Position numbers and translations under genes: made by a program. This document shows positions 11,301 through 22,863 of a stretch of DNA of 64,000 bases, one piece after another. The notes under the pieces were generated by a model. The model saw nothing but the letters and a program-made list of their open reading frames with translations. It searched no databases and was not told the DNA's origin. Source of the DNA: Phoronis australis (lineage: Eukaryota > Animalia > Phoronida); assembly GCA_002633005.1 (NCBI GenBank), contig NMRA01000117.1:600343-664342 (forward strand), written 5' to 3'. The first letter of the stretch is position 1. Each line of letters begins with the position of its first letter.

Positions 11301-14300
11301 CGGCACAAAGTTCATGAGGTTTGGATCCAACAAGATCTCCAAGTTTCAAAGTGTGATTCCTCGATTGTCTCCCCTGGCTTTGCTGGACCTTCAACTTTGT
11401 TGGAGCAGGGTTTGTTTGTTTGTTTTTATTAAGAATATGATCTTAGTGATGTAACGTGCCTAGTATATCAACACCAGTTAGCGTATATGTACTAGAGTTT
11501 TCCGTTGACAATCCTGGGCTGTGCATTTGGAAAATGACATTTTCCGGACCAACAGTTAAATCCAAATATATGCCCAGGGGTAATGGCGGAGATGAATATA
11601 TGCTTGGGTGTAATATGTGTTAGCTATCACTCATTAAATGGACAATTCCTGGGACTTTCCGCTCAATAAAATAACAGAACAGGAACCTTTCTTTAATAAC
11701 AGAATCGTTTACTTTTGAAAATCTTAACTCCTACATCAACAGGTAGCACGCTAACTTTAAAGCTTACTGCTGTTGAAAAATTTGTAATTCATCTCAACTG
11801 GTCATGCCATATACTTGCCTATGGATACTGAGGTTGTTGTTCTGGAGAATCGTGTGGCTTTGACATTTACAGTTGGAACACATGAGAAAGCAGGTTCCTG
11901 TAGACAACCCGTATAGCTGTGAACATGCTGCCAAGTGGGATTCCATGTCTGTGGGGACGTTTCTACAGAAAACAGTCTGGACAACAGGTATGCGTGTGTG
12001 TGTGTTTGTTTGTTTGTGTATGTGTACGTGCGCGTGTGCATGTGTGATTGGAGCCCAAGAGTACTTGACTCTATTTTTGTTGACCCATTTAGAGAGTGGC
12101 CTTGAAAAAAGGGACTCGTCTGTAGGAAGTTCCTGTGGCAAAGTCACCTTTTGTAGAGATTTACTCCAGAACCATCCACTTTTGTTAGGGTTTCTTCCAT
12201 AAACCTAACATTTCATAGGAACCAGATTCTTTTAACCTTTTAACCTTTTAACCCTGAAGCAGTCCAACAAGATTGCCAAGTTTTTGAAAATGTGATACAG
12301 TATCTTTTTTACAACCAATGTTTGAAACTTTTTTTACATAATGTTAAAAATCTTCTGTAGATTTTTGTACTGAGTTGTGAGAGAAGCTCATTTGTAGAGT
12401 TTCCAACCACCAAGGTGACTCCCTTCAGAGGAAATTATGTTGGAAATGGCATCCTTTCCTAGGAAAATAAATTCCCATTTGAGAGCCTGATTCTCAAGCA
12501 ATGCGGTCATCTGAGAAATGCGTTTTTTTGTTTATGTTGGAATTTAATACCTACTGCATCCTGGCACCTCCCCCCTACAGTAACTACCAATTAAAAAAAT
12601 ATTGGCATGCCATTTTTAGGGGCTGATGTGGACTCTTTTCCCTTAAAAATTGTGGTTGCCCCTCTTGCAACATCCTAGATCCACCAGTGTGGGTTTCACT
12701 TAACATCTGTTCCTAGGAACTTATAATTTTTTGTTAAATGCTATGGACATTTACCTGGATGGATATGGATGCAGACACAAAGGTTAAATACTTACACAGA
12801 ACATAAACTGTGTGGCTAATGTTCCAGCATGTCAGGAGGCAATCAGTGCTGCATTTGGTACAGTGTTTGGTGTGGAAACCAGTCAACTATCCCTGCTGTT
12901 CTGTCTAATGTACATGAACGCGGCAGGAGGCATGGAACCACTATTGGAGGCTATGGAGAACTGCGGACAGGAGTCTAGAATTAAGGTGAGTTTGGGATCT
13001 CTGAGGCAATGGAGAACTGCAGGGAAGAGTATAGGGTTAAGGCAGTTTGGAATCTTGAAAGCAATGCCAATGGAGAACTGCATACAAGAAATAGCATAGT
13101 GGTCAATGGATACTGTGGGGAGTTTTTGGCTCCTATTGGCATTTATGGAGAACTGATTACAGGAAATTTGTATGAGCTTGCAGTAGATTGAACTAGCAAA
13201 AATGGAACATTAAGAGTTCTTATGTTCACATAAATGCATTAAATAAGAAGAATTATTTCCCCTTGATTCATTAGAAACTCAGCCCATTTAAATGCATTAA
13301 ATAAGAAGACTTCTTTCACCTTGATTCATTAGAAACTCAGCCCATTTAAATGCATTAAATAAGAGGAATTCTTTCACCTTGATTCATTAGAAACTCGGCC
13401 CATTTAAATGCATTAAATAAGAAGAATTCTTTCACCTTGATTCATTAGAAACTCAGCCCATTTCACAGGACCGTCTTCAATGGATTTGTACAATTTCTGC
13501 TGTCATCAAGAGGCCTGTTTATCAAGGAATCTAATCTAAGGTCCTATTGTAGAGAGAAATTCAATTACCGCTTTAGTGATGGGTTCATGGCAAGATAACG
13601 TTGGCTAAATTAAATTAGTATATTGTAGACTTGAAAAGGTGATTTTTTGACCTGTTTGGCTTAAGTTAAGTTAGGATACACAAAGAAGTGTGATAAAATT
13701 AGCCAAATTGGTTCTCTGGTACACATTTATGATTGTTTTTAGTAAGTCTTTAAACCATGGAAGATAATTGGCCAGCGAGGCTTTTGTAATGTGATACTTT
13801 CTTGCATTCAATGTAAAGTATCTGTTATGGTAATTTTATGTTGGTAGGATGCTAGAGACGTCAATTTTTTGAAGTAGTTAGGTTATTTAATGGTTGTGGC
13901 TGTTTTGGAACATCTGAGTGTTTGACACTGAAGTACTGGCAATGAAGTATTTAAAAACGTTTTTCCTTGCAGTGTTATTTATGCCAAGCAAATTGTAGAT
14001 TTAACTGCAGAGATTGCGTCAAGTGCAACCAACCAATCAATCAATCATTCAATCGATCAATAATCATCTATTTTAGTGACCTGTAGCAATTGCTACCCAA
14101 CCACAACTTGGGCCTATAAGTCACCATTTCCAAAGAGAACGTACAAAAAAATAGGCAACGCATACATGTATACAATGACAAAAAGAAAATCCGACCAACC
14201 TTCTCATTCATTATTAATTAAGTAGTAAAAAACAACATTTTTGCCAGAGAAATGCATTATAAATAAAACACTATGTGGTCTTAATCATCAAGAAAACAAA

Positions 14301-17300
14301 GTGGTTCTGAATTCCTAGCTCACCAAATGAGGGGCAGACCAACATAGTTCACCAAATGAGTGGCAGACCAACATAGCTCACCAAATGAGTGGCAGACCAA
14401 CATAGCTCACCAAATGAGTGGCAGACCAACATGACCTCTGTAAATAACAAGGTTCTGAGATCAGAGTTTGTACTAGCAAAAGAAATGTATTTTCTCCTCT
14501 ATGCATGAGGCAGTACAAAAATCACACACACGCTCCTCAACCGGAGTAAAAATACTGAAACGGCCAGTTTCTACATTCAGCAGCAAGCCTGCTTATCTAA
14601 ATTGAGAAAAGAGGGATGTCTTTTCTGTAGAAATGCTCATTTTTAGATAAACTTCCGATTGATAGCTAGTTTTAATTAATTTATAATTTTTTAGCTTGGG
14701 TTTGCTCAAAATTTCAGCCCTCCATTCAGACTTTGAAAGATCATCAGTTTCATTTTAGCATTTTCCAGTACATTAGTTAAACCAATGCAATTTGTTTAAT
14801 GACTGTCTTTGCTTGTATTTCTTCAGGGTGGGGCTCAACAGATCTCATTGAAATTGGTGGAGAAGATCAACAGTGATAAAGTCTGGTTAAACCAACCCGT
14901 CGTCAGTATCTCTCAGGTAGGTATTACTTCAGGGGTTTAAGCCCCTCAATAAAGGACCTCTGTGACTAAAAACTTTTATTTTTGCAACAAGATTGCAGAG
15001 TGAACTGCCAGTTGATAAAACCACAGATCCTTCACCAAAGTATCGCTCGAACGTTGTTTTAAACTTTTTGCAATAGCTCTGTAGAATTCCACCCTGTTGT
15101 TATTTTTACTCTTTTCAGGATGAAAGTTCAGTTAGTGTCCGCACAGCTACAGGGTCTACCATTCATTGTAGTCGAGTTATTTTAGCATTACCACCCTGTC
15201 AACTTGGTGAGTTGAGCGCTTCTGTAGTATGTGTACTTTATTGACCCTTGACCTTTTTACAGGTAATGTGAGAGGTCATATATGTAAAGTATTGAGTGGT
15301 ATCTGTTTTCAAAAGTAGTGTCTCTGGAGATCACTTTCTTTTAGTTAAATTTAAAAGCTGCCAGGAGTTTATCATAGACACGCGTATACAGGTGGCCTGA
15401 GTCCAATATCAACTGCCTGCTTATCGAACACACTTTTACCTACGTGTCCATTCCTCAATTCTGGATTTATTGACTGATGTCCTATAAATCTATTCATCAG
15501 TGTGGGGATCATTTTATCTGACATCAGCATTTTTAGAGTTCTAACTGTGATGGCTTACTAAAAAATGCCAATATCTTATAACTATCCTTGTTCCCTTACA
15601 TAAAATGCACAGAATGTCCCCTGACCTAATCAAAAAGGTTAATTCTTGCTGGCCATACCAGGAATTTCTAATTGCCAACCCCATGATCTTGTGCGTAGTG
15701 ACCCCATGACCTTGTGCATAGTGACCCCATGACCTTGTGCGTAGTGACCCCATGACCTTGTGCATAGTGACCCCATAACCTTGTGCATAGTGACCCCATG
15801 ACCTTGAAAGAAAGAGCATTAAATGTAGCTATGTAGCCGCCAGAAACTGAAAATTCTGATTCCAATATTTTTTTGCAAAATATCACAACTATATAATTGC
15901 ATTGAAGTATTGGTAATTCGGTTTTTGATTACTTTTTGTTGTTTCAGCCCACATGCATTTTCATCCTCATCTGCCTGTAGAAAAAGACTTGCTCATTGGC
16001 CGTATGCCTATTGGTCTAATTATAAAGTTCATTGTCACTTATGAAAAGGTAAACAACTGTTTGTGAGATTGCACTGCTCTGATAGGAATTTCAATTTTAA
16101 GCAAACTTGCTTAGCTTGTCTGAGTGACTGGAGATTGAGTTGTTACTGTAGCTGCAAGTATTGTCAGTTTTAAGTGCTTAAAATGACCAATTTCATCTAA
16201 AAAATAAAAAAACAACCCCACCAGTCGATCACTTTTCAAATTATGATAAGAACATCTGCGAACACTGACATTAGGTTAATTAGTTGATCTCAAGTTACGT
16301 GCATTTATTGGTCGATATATTCCGGTACTACATAGAATCATGACAACCAATCACACATTAGTCACCTTCTATTGTGTTAAGTGTGAAAAGTCATTGGATA
16401 TTGCTGATTGTTTTCCCATGGTTTATGAAAAATAAAGAATGTCGAGGCATTGCGTTTGTTGTAGTTGTGACAACGCAGCACGTGACCACACTGTGGCTTT
16501 TGTTACTTTCCCAACAGACATTGGAGAAGTGTGGATGTGGCACAAGTTTGTACAAGAAACTTGTGTGTTGGTGGACATGACACACTTTGTCTGAGTTCAT
16601 TCTTATGTCTCACTCATGTCCATGGTGCTAAGAAATTTTCAGTTAAAGTCTCTTTTCTTCTATTTTCGCTTTTTTGGGATATTAAATTCATGGTTATTAC
16701 TATAAAGAAAGATTTAATAATGTTGACGATGTAGCCATTCATCGAAACAAGGTAAATGGTGCTTTTAATAAGCACTTAAATGAAAAATGTTAATTTTGGG
16801 AATGCTTGCAAAACTCAAGTTTTAGTTACTCTTTGCATCACTAGTATGCTTTACTGTCATTTATTGTTGGTAGTGATTTGTTTCCAAAAAGTTGACGAAT
16901 GTCTTCGTTTTGAAAGTTCAACAAAATGTCAAATCAAATGTTTTGGCTGCATTTTTTTTAATTTTCAATTAATTTTCATCAACACTCTGCCATGGCTATA
17001 GCTATGAATTTGACAAAGCTAAACAAACATTTGACAAAAAACTTTTTGGAAAACTACTATATAGCGCATGAATTGTAGATGTTAGTGCTTATACTAATTT
17101 TTATATATTCCAGGCATTTTGGAGAGAAGCAGGTTGCTCTGGTGAAATTACATCTAATAGTCAGTGGTCTCATCAGTCACTTGGTTCCTCAACCAGATGC
17201 TGTCCTCTTAGTATTGTGTTTGATGCCACTACAGCGTACGACAATCCAGCACTGGTTGGTTTTATAGTCGGTGCTCAGTACATGGAGTGGAGTAACGTCT

Positions 17301-19558
17301 CGGTGAGATATTGTTCTAAAGTCTCATAAGGTTTGAGCTTTGGGATTCATGACCTGAAACTTTCATTGAAATTCATTCAATTTATTTCCCTTAAGCATTA
17401 TTGTGGTCAAATATGTAATTTTGGGACAAACAAAACTAGCGAGTCCTCAAGCAGTGTAAATCTTTGAGCAAATTGCTATGGCCAGACTCCATTTTAGATA
17501 CCCTTATTTCAATGTGCGGTGTGAATGGTCATATACCCGGCATTTGAAATCAGGTGTCACAAACCACAAGCTGTTTCTTGATTTGTCTTGAAATAAACTT
17601 CTAGTGAAGTCAGTGGCCATTAATGTGCATAGAAATTAGCTTTGGGGCTCTGCCCTCATCAATCCATGGAATTAATGGTCAGGCTGGCAACCAATACTGC
17701 TTCTTTATGGCTTTTCTCAGACCCTGTTGGTATTGTTCATTGGTGAAGCTGTGTTTCTCCCTATTTTACTGGCTGAATATGGAAAATTGACCGAGGCTTT
17801 ACGCTCTTGAAATCTATCTCTTGTTATTTGTGACCATGACAGGATCTATTTCCGTTGCCAAAAGAAACATCTGAACCATCAGCGACTCAAAAAGTGCTCA
17901 AGTTGGTAATGGAATTAGAATCCTATCACAGTAAGAAATATTATAGGACTGATTTTCTGAGTAAACAAGGTCCAAATCGATTTGTGTTTTATCCAGCTAT
18001 GGGGACAAAATGCAGGTTTAAAATGGGTACATTGTAGATTATTGAAAAATTTGCTTTTCTCATGTAGGAAAGTGAAAGACAACAAGCTGTAATTGATGCT
18101 TTGGCTGAGTTCTTTGGTCCTAATGCACTCAACTATTTAGAGTACGTTGACAAAGACTGGAGACTTGAAGACTATAACTGTGGAGGTCCTGTGAGTGTAG
18201 TCCAGCCTGGGGCTATGATGTATTTTGAGGAGGGAATCAGACAGCCTTATAACAGGTAAACTGAGGTCAAATAACCTCCTTCATTAACATTTGTCCTGCT
18301 AACAACATGCAATTTGTGGGCTGAGTGACAGATAGCATAGTAACGATACCAAACTCATGACCAGCAATGGAGTGTTATTCTTTGCGTAATACAAAACACC
18401 GCTACAAGAATCCAATCCAATCCATTTGGTACTCCATCTGTCTGTGTGCCAGACCTATGCTGTGACATCCAGATGATGAGAGATGATAAGTTGTATGTAA
18501 TTTGCTCAATATTTTGGATAGGAATGTCTTGATTGAATAACTGCAACTCCCAAAAAAAATTTATCCTGGTATAGATGACCCTCACTTGGTGATAAAGAAC
18601 TGTATCGTTGTCGGATGCAGCACATTTTGATTACTTTCGTAATGTTTTCTTAAATGAGACGAGAATGTGTACGGCAACTGAATTGGAGATGAGAAAGTGC
18701 ATCCGACTTAATTCTGCTTTTGGTGTTTTAGAGTGCATTTTGCTGGTACGGAGACGGCCACTGTGTGGTGTGGATTCATGAATGGTGCAGTGCAAGCTGG
18801 AAAGCGAGCAGCCAATGAGGTGAATATCAGCATCCACCTCACAGCAGGGTGTCCAAATGTCTTGTAGTTGCTGTATACGGTTTTTTACCAGTAACCTCAG
18901 GGAAATGTCAAAATAAACATCGTATTTCGGAAAAACGCTTTCTGACTGGTACTATTAGTGTTCAGTGTGCTGTTCTTCAAAACTTAATTATCAATTATCT
19001 TTAAAATGTTTCATGGTGGATTTTTATGATTGTTATGAAAAATAATCAACTTTCTTCGGCCTTTTGTTCTGTAGTCTTGCGGTGATGTAATTTGGCAGGA
19101 AAAGGCTACTTCAGGTGTCATTAGAAATGCACCCGCTTGAGTGATTAAACAATATTTTGTCATTAGAAATGCACCCGCTTGAGTGATTAAACAATATTTT
19201 GTCATTAGAAATGCACCCGCTTGAGTGATTAAACAATATTTTCCCCTGTTGCTTATATATTGCTGGGACTATCTGTATGGCCCAATATATCTATAACAAT
19301 TCAAGGAAGACTTTAATTAATTTGGAAAATGTTGACTTGTATGTAAAACACTTGTCATTGCAGGTGCTGTATCATTTACGCCCTCAAGCTTTAAGTACTA
19401 GCGAACTTGTGGAGACCGCGTATGGACCAAAGAAATCACAGAAACCAAAGAGGTCTAATGGGAAAAAGTTGGTGAAAATAACGGTACTTGTGGGATTAGC
19501 TGTTGCAGCTTGGGTAGTAGTAAAACGTGGATATGTAAGAAACGTGTTTTTAAGGTAG
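8383..19558 (+). CDS. Flavin-containing monoamine oxidase-like protein (537 aa, 12 exons)
   Basis: Exons 8383-8518, 10445-10535, 11235-11409, 11873-11987, 12828-12985, 14827-14916, 15119-15206, 15948-16048, 17114-17302, 18068-18255, 18732-18819, 19364-19558; phase-consistent (1614 nt). Motifs: [12 protein letters not shown] (FAD binding), [57 protein letters not shown], plus a C-terminal TM anchor. Confidence 0.93.
8615..9285. mobile_element. Long-TIR MITE (family A), with a ~160-bp insertion in its right arm
   Basis: 8767-8845 is inverted at 8899-8980. The outer left arm (catacgccagaagcttttt...aagtaccttttgcg) is inverted at 9144-9285. Related copies at 9738-9965 and 63354-64000. Confidence 0.8.
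9738..9965. mobile_element. Partial family-A MITE copy (left arm)
   Basis: aagcttttcg...caccttaggagg...tttaattccttcc...aacaaatactc matches 8637-8870 and 63377-63560. Confidence 0.8.
13232..13463. repeat. 57-bp minisatellite, 4 copies
   Basis: aaatgcattaaataagaagaattctttcaccttgattcattagaaactcagcccattt repeated. Confidence 0.95.
14316..14432. repeat. 29-bp minisatellite, 4 copies
   Basis: tagctcaccaaatgagtggcagaccaaca repeated. Confidence 0.95.
15678..15805. repeat. 23-bp minisatellite, ~5.5 copies
   Basis: accccatgaccttgtgc(a/g)tagtg repeated. Confidence 0.95.
19117..19242. repeat. 42-bp minisatellite, 3 copies
   Basis: gtcattagaaatgcacccgcttgagtgattaaacaatatttt repeated. Confidence 0.95.
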
Positions 19559-20806
19559 AGGCAAATTAATTACACGAGTGTATTGTCTAAAAAACAGTTC
19601 ACTAAGTAAGGTTGCCCTTACAATATTGTTTGTTTACCCAGCGCATCCCTCATTGGTCAGAAGTGGGGAGGTAGGTAAAGTATTTAATTTTCACGCTTTT
19701 GCTTATTAGACATTGGCCTCTTGTTTTTGTTGCAACAAATATGTTATATCTATGGCTGACAGAAATCATGTCAGATGTCAAATGAAATATTTTGAGTCAC
19801 GTTTGCACTAATATGTTACAGTCGGTAGTGTAATGCGAAAAAAATTAATTGAGTACGCCTATAATAATGTATATACTTACTTCCTTAATTGGACTTTCAG
19901 TGATGGTCGTAAATTCATTTTTCTTGTCTTCATAAATCACATCAGGAAACCAATTGTCTGAGCTCATGTTTAGTGCAAATGCCACATAAACTATGACTTG
20001 TGACCACAAATATAAAGTTTATGAGAGATTACTCGAAATGTTACCAGTCGCATCGCATGAAATTAAAGAGTTTAGTCGAAGTGTGACTAGTGATTGGTCA
20101 GTCTTTGAATTGAGTCTCAAGAAAAGGTTAATGATCACAATACCTAATGTTGCATCACTTATCATCGATTTGAATCTGTCTTCTGTTGACACAGCAGAAA
20201 AACCAAACACACAGTTTGTGGTGTGTATAATTTTAGAGGAATCTGGTCAAATGTTGGGATAGCATTTTACAAGTTTCCTATGACTTCAGCAGTCTATTAA
20301 CAGCCGCTTGCTATGTCAGAATTTCAGTGCGATTCAGTAGCATGTCAGTATAAAATATGAACCACTGGAGTACCAGTAGTAGCAAATATTTTGTTTGACG
20401 GTTACACATAACTAGTCTAGGATAGGTTGGGCAAATTAAAGCCATGCAAATCTAAACAATGTTAAGGTTTTCCTTGAATTGACAAAACTCGAGAGTGTAA
20501 ACTGCAAAAGATACCCATGTACAATACTTGGGAAAAGGGCCAAGGTAGCCAGATGTGAGATATACTTTCAATTCTCTCAACTCAGTATTCCACAACTGAT
20601 TAAAGGTCTTCCAAATTTGCAGCGCTAGTTGCAGAAATTATGTAATATGGGTGAGAAATCTAGGAATGTGCATCAAATTCAAATGATTTAGCGAATCATG
20701 CTCTACTGTTCATATATTATGGTGGCTATAAGCCCGTTTTCCATCTCAAAACAACTTCGACTTAGATGTCAGATTCATCTTTATTGTTCCTAGTCCAATT
20801 GGCTCT

Positions 20807-21047
20807 CAAGGCTTGGAATGACCAATGACAAAAAAGGAAAATTTTCCAGGTGATATATCATTCCACAAGTAAGTAGGCTGTCGTGATAGAAATATTTTTT
20901 GTCGTAAAATTGAACTGTAATGAACGTTTTTGCATGAATAATCAATAGTAAAAAAGAGACAAAAAAGAGGAAACTGTAAATCAAAAAACAGGAAATTGAA
21001 ACCAAAAAAGAGGAAATTCTCTATAAAGTGGAAAATTCCAAGCCCTG
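20807..21047. mobile_element. ~240-bp MITE (family B), hAT-like CAGGGCTTGGAAT...ATTCCAAGCCCTG termini
   Basis: Terminal inverted repeat; homologous copies at 33105-33352 and 46324-46567. Confidence 0.8.
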
Positions 21048-22863
21048 GGCTCTAGAGATTGACTTGTCACAGCAAGTCATTTTATGAGCTGAGCACGGTC
21101 TCGAGGAATAACGAAGACAGGTTGTTGCAAGTCCAGAAATCACCTTTCATCTGAGTGAGGAACAAACTGTGACCCATTTTAAAGCAGTAACAGGTTTAAC
21201 TAAAAATGCTTCTCCAGCTGTTTTAAATGAACATGTAGATCTTATTTATGCGTTATAGTGTGCCAAAACATTTCATGCTGAAAGATGTGTGAACTGTGCA
21301 TTGTAAGGATGACCTCTTTTCATTGTACAGTAAATTCTCACCAATTTAGGACAACATGGCGGCCAAGTGAGATTTCATTTCTCATTTTTTTCATGTTCAA
21401 TCTCTGTACCACAGCTACTGTCAGATGAGATTCAAAATTTTCAATATAGTGTTAGCAGCCTTTGAAAAATGTGTTAATTATTTTTGTTCAAAATTGGTGA
21501 GATTTTAAAATAGCTTTTAATCTGTCATACTTAGAACCAATGTGAAACAAAAACATGACATAAAGCAAACCAATAAATTTATTTCGTGCTTTATAGACTA
21601 ACTTTCTCAACCAAAATGATGCAAACAAGTAACAATAAAAAAAAAACAAAAATGATACAGCGACCTTTAAAATGAGATTTTACGTTTAAGTTAAAACACC
21701 TATGCCAATACAAACAGCCACACATAAGACAATCAGACGATGACTAAGACTGTGATACATAAATACTGACGCGAGAACTCCATGTTAAATCAGATTATTG
21801 AGTTAAGAAATATTACACAGGCTATATGTTACCAGATTTACAGTCACATTGCATTACAACAAATCCTAGAACCTGTCTCAAGCATTCGTTGTAACCCACG
21901 TTTGCTGTAACCAAATCAGAATTGGCTTGGAGCTTGTGGAATGGAACGAAAGTAAGCAAACCTAATAAACAAGGTTCATTGCCAAACATGCAGACTGTAC
22001 AAGATGAGTATGAATTATTAAACGCTCCAGTTGCACTCTAATTAAACTAAGCACTACTATAATAGTTAATATTATTAGTGAGGCCATCAGAGGCGATTAA
22101 TTGGAATTTCTACATTAATTCTAGGTTCACTACCATTTATATAATACAACGAATGCATACATACTCTAATAATCGTTACATAATTTACATACAACAAATG
22201 ACCTTATAACAAATCAACGCAAATATCACAAACTCAGCAGCACTTTAACATGAATAACCATATAACCAACAGGTGGCGTGCAAGAGATTACTAATGTTAG
22301 CTAACTACACGTGCAACACAACTTAGAAAATCCTAAATAATAGACACACAAACAGCTCGATTTGCATACTTCACAAGCAAGTTCACTTTCACACAAGATT
22401 TTGTCCTGCAACTACTTTTCAATTCTTTCCTGTGAGAATTGACAAGGTATGTTGGTGGTGTTTCTAGACTTTAAAATTCAGTTAACTGTCATGCAGTATA
22501 ACAAAAAGACCAACCACAAAAAGCATCCTGAGGATTATTTATTTTTATAAATTGACTGACTTACACATAATATTGCATGATATTAAATAAAAAGTTCTAG
22601 ATGGTATCTTTTTAAATCAAATATAATTCAGGTTATTTCGCCAATATTTCACCCAAAATAAAAGTTTTGACTTTTTGTCGGAGTAAAAATTTGTGCGTAA
22701 GCCTGTCAGTAACATAATTCAACAAAATCCTAGGTCAGTCATGATTGTTCCAGAGGCATAAGACTGTAGTGATCCATTTATATAACAACAGATACCCACA
22801 GTACAACGGTAATAAACAATTAGGCACACAAGACATCGTGATGGCTCTCTTCTCACTTCTAGA

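Noticed and set aside
13232-19242. Short tandem arrays as possible CRISPR arrays
   Set aside because: Units are contiguous with no unique spacers, there are no cas genes, and the context is eukaryotic introns.
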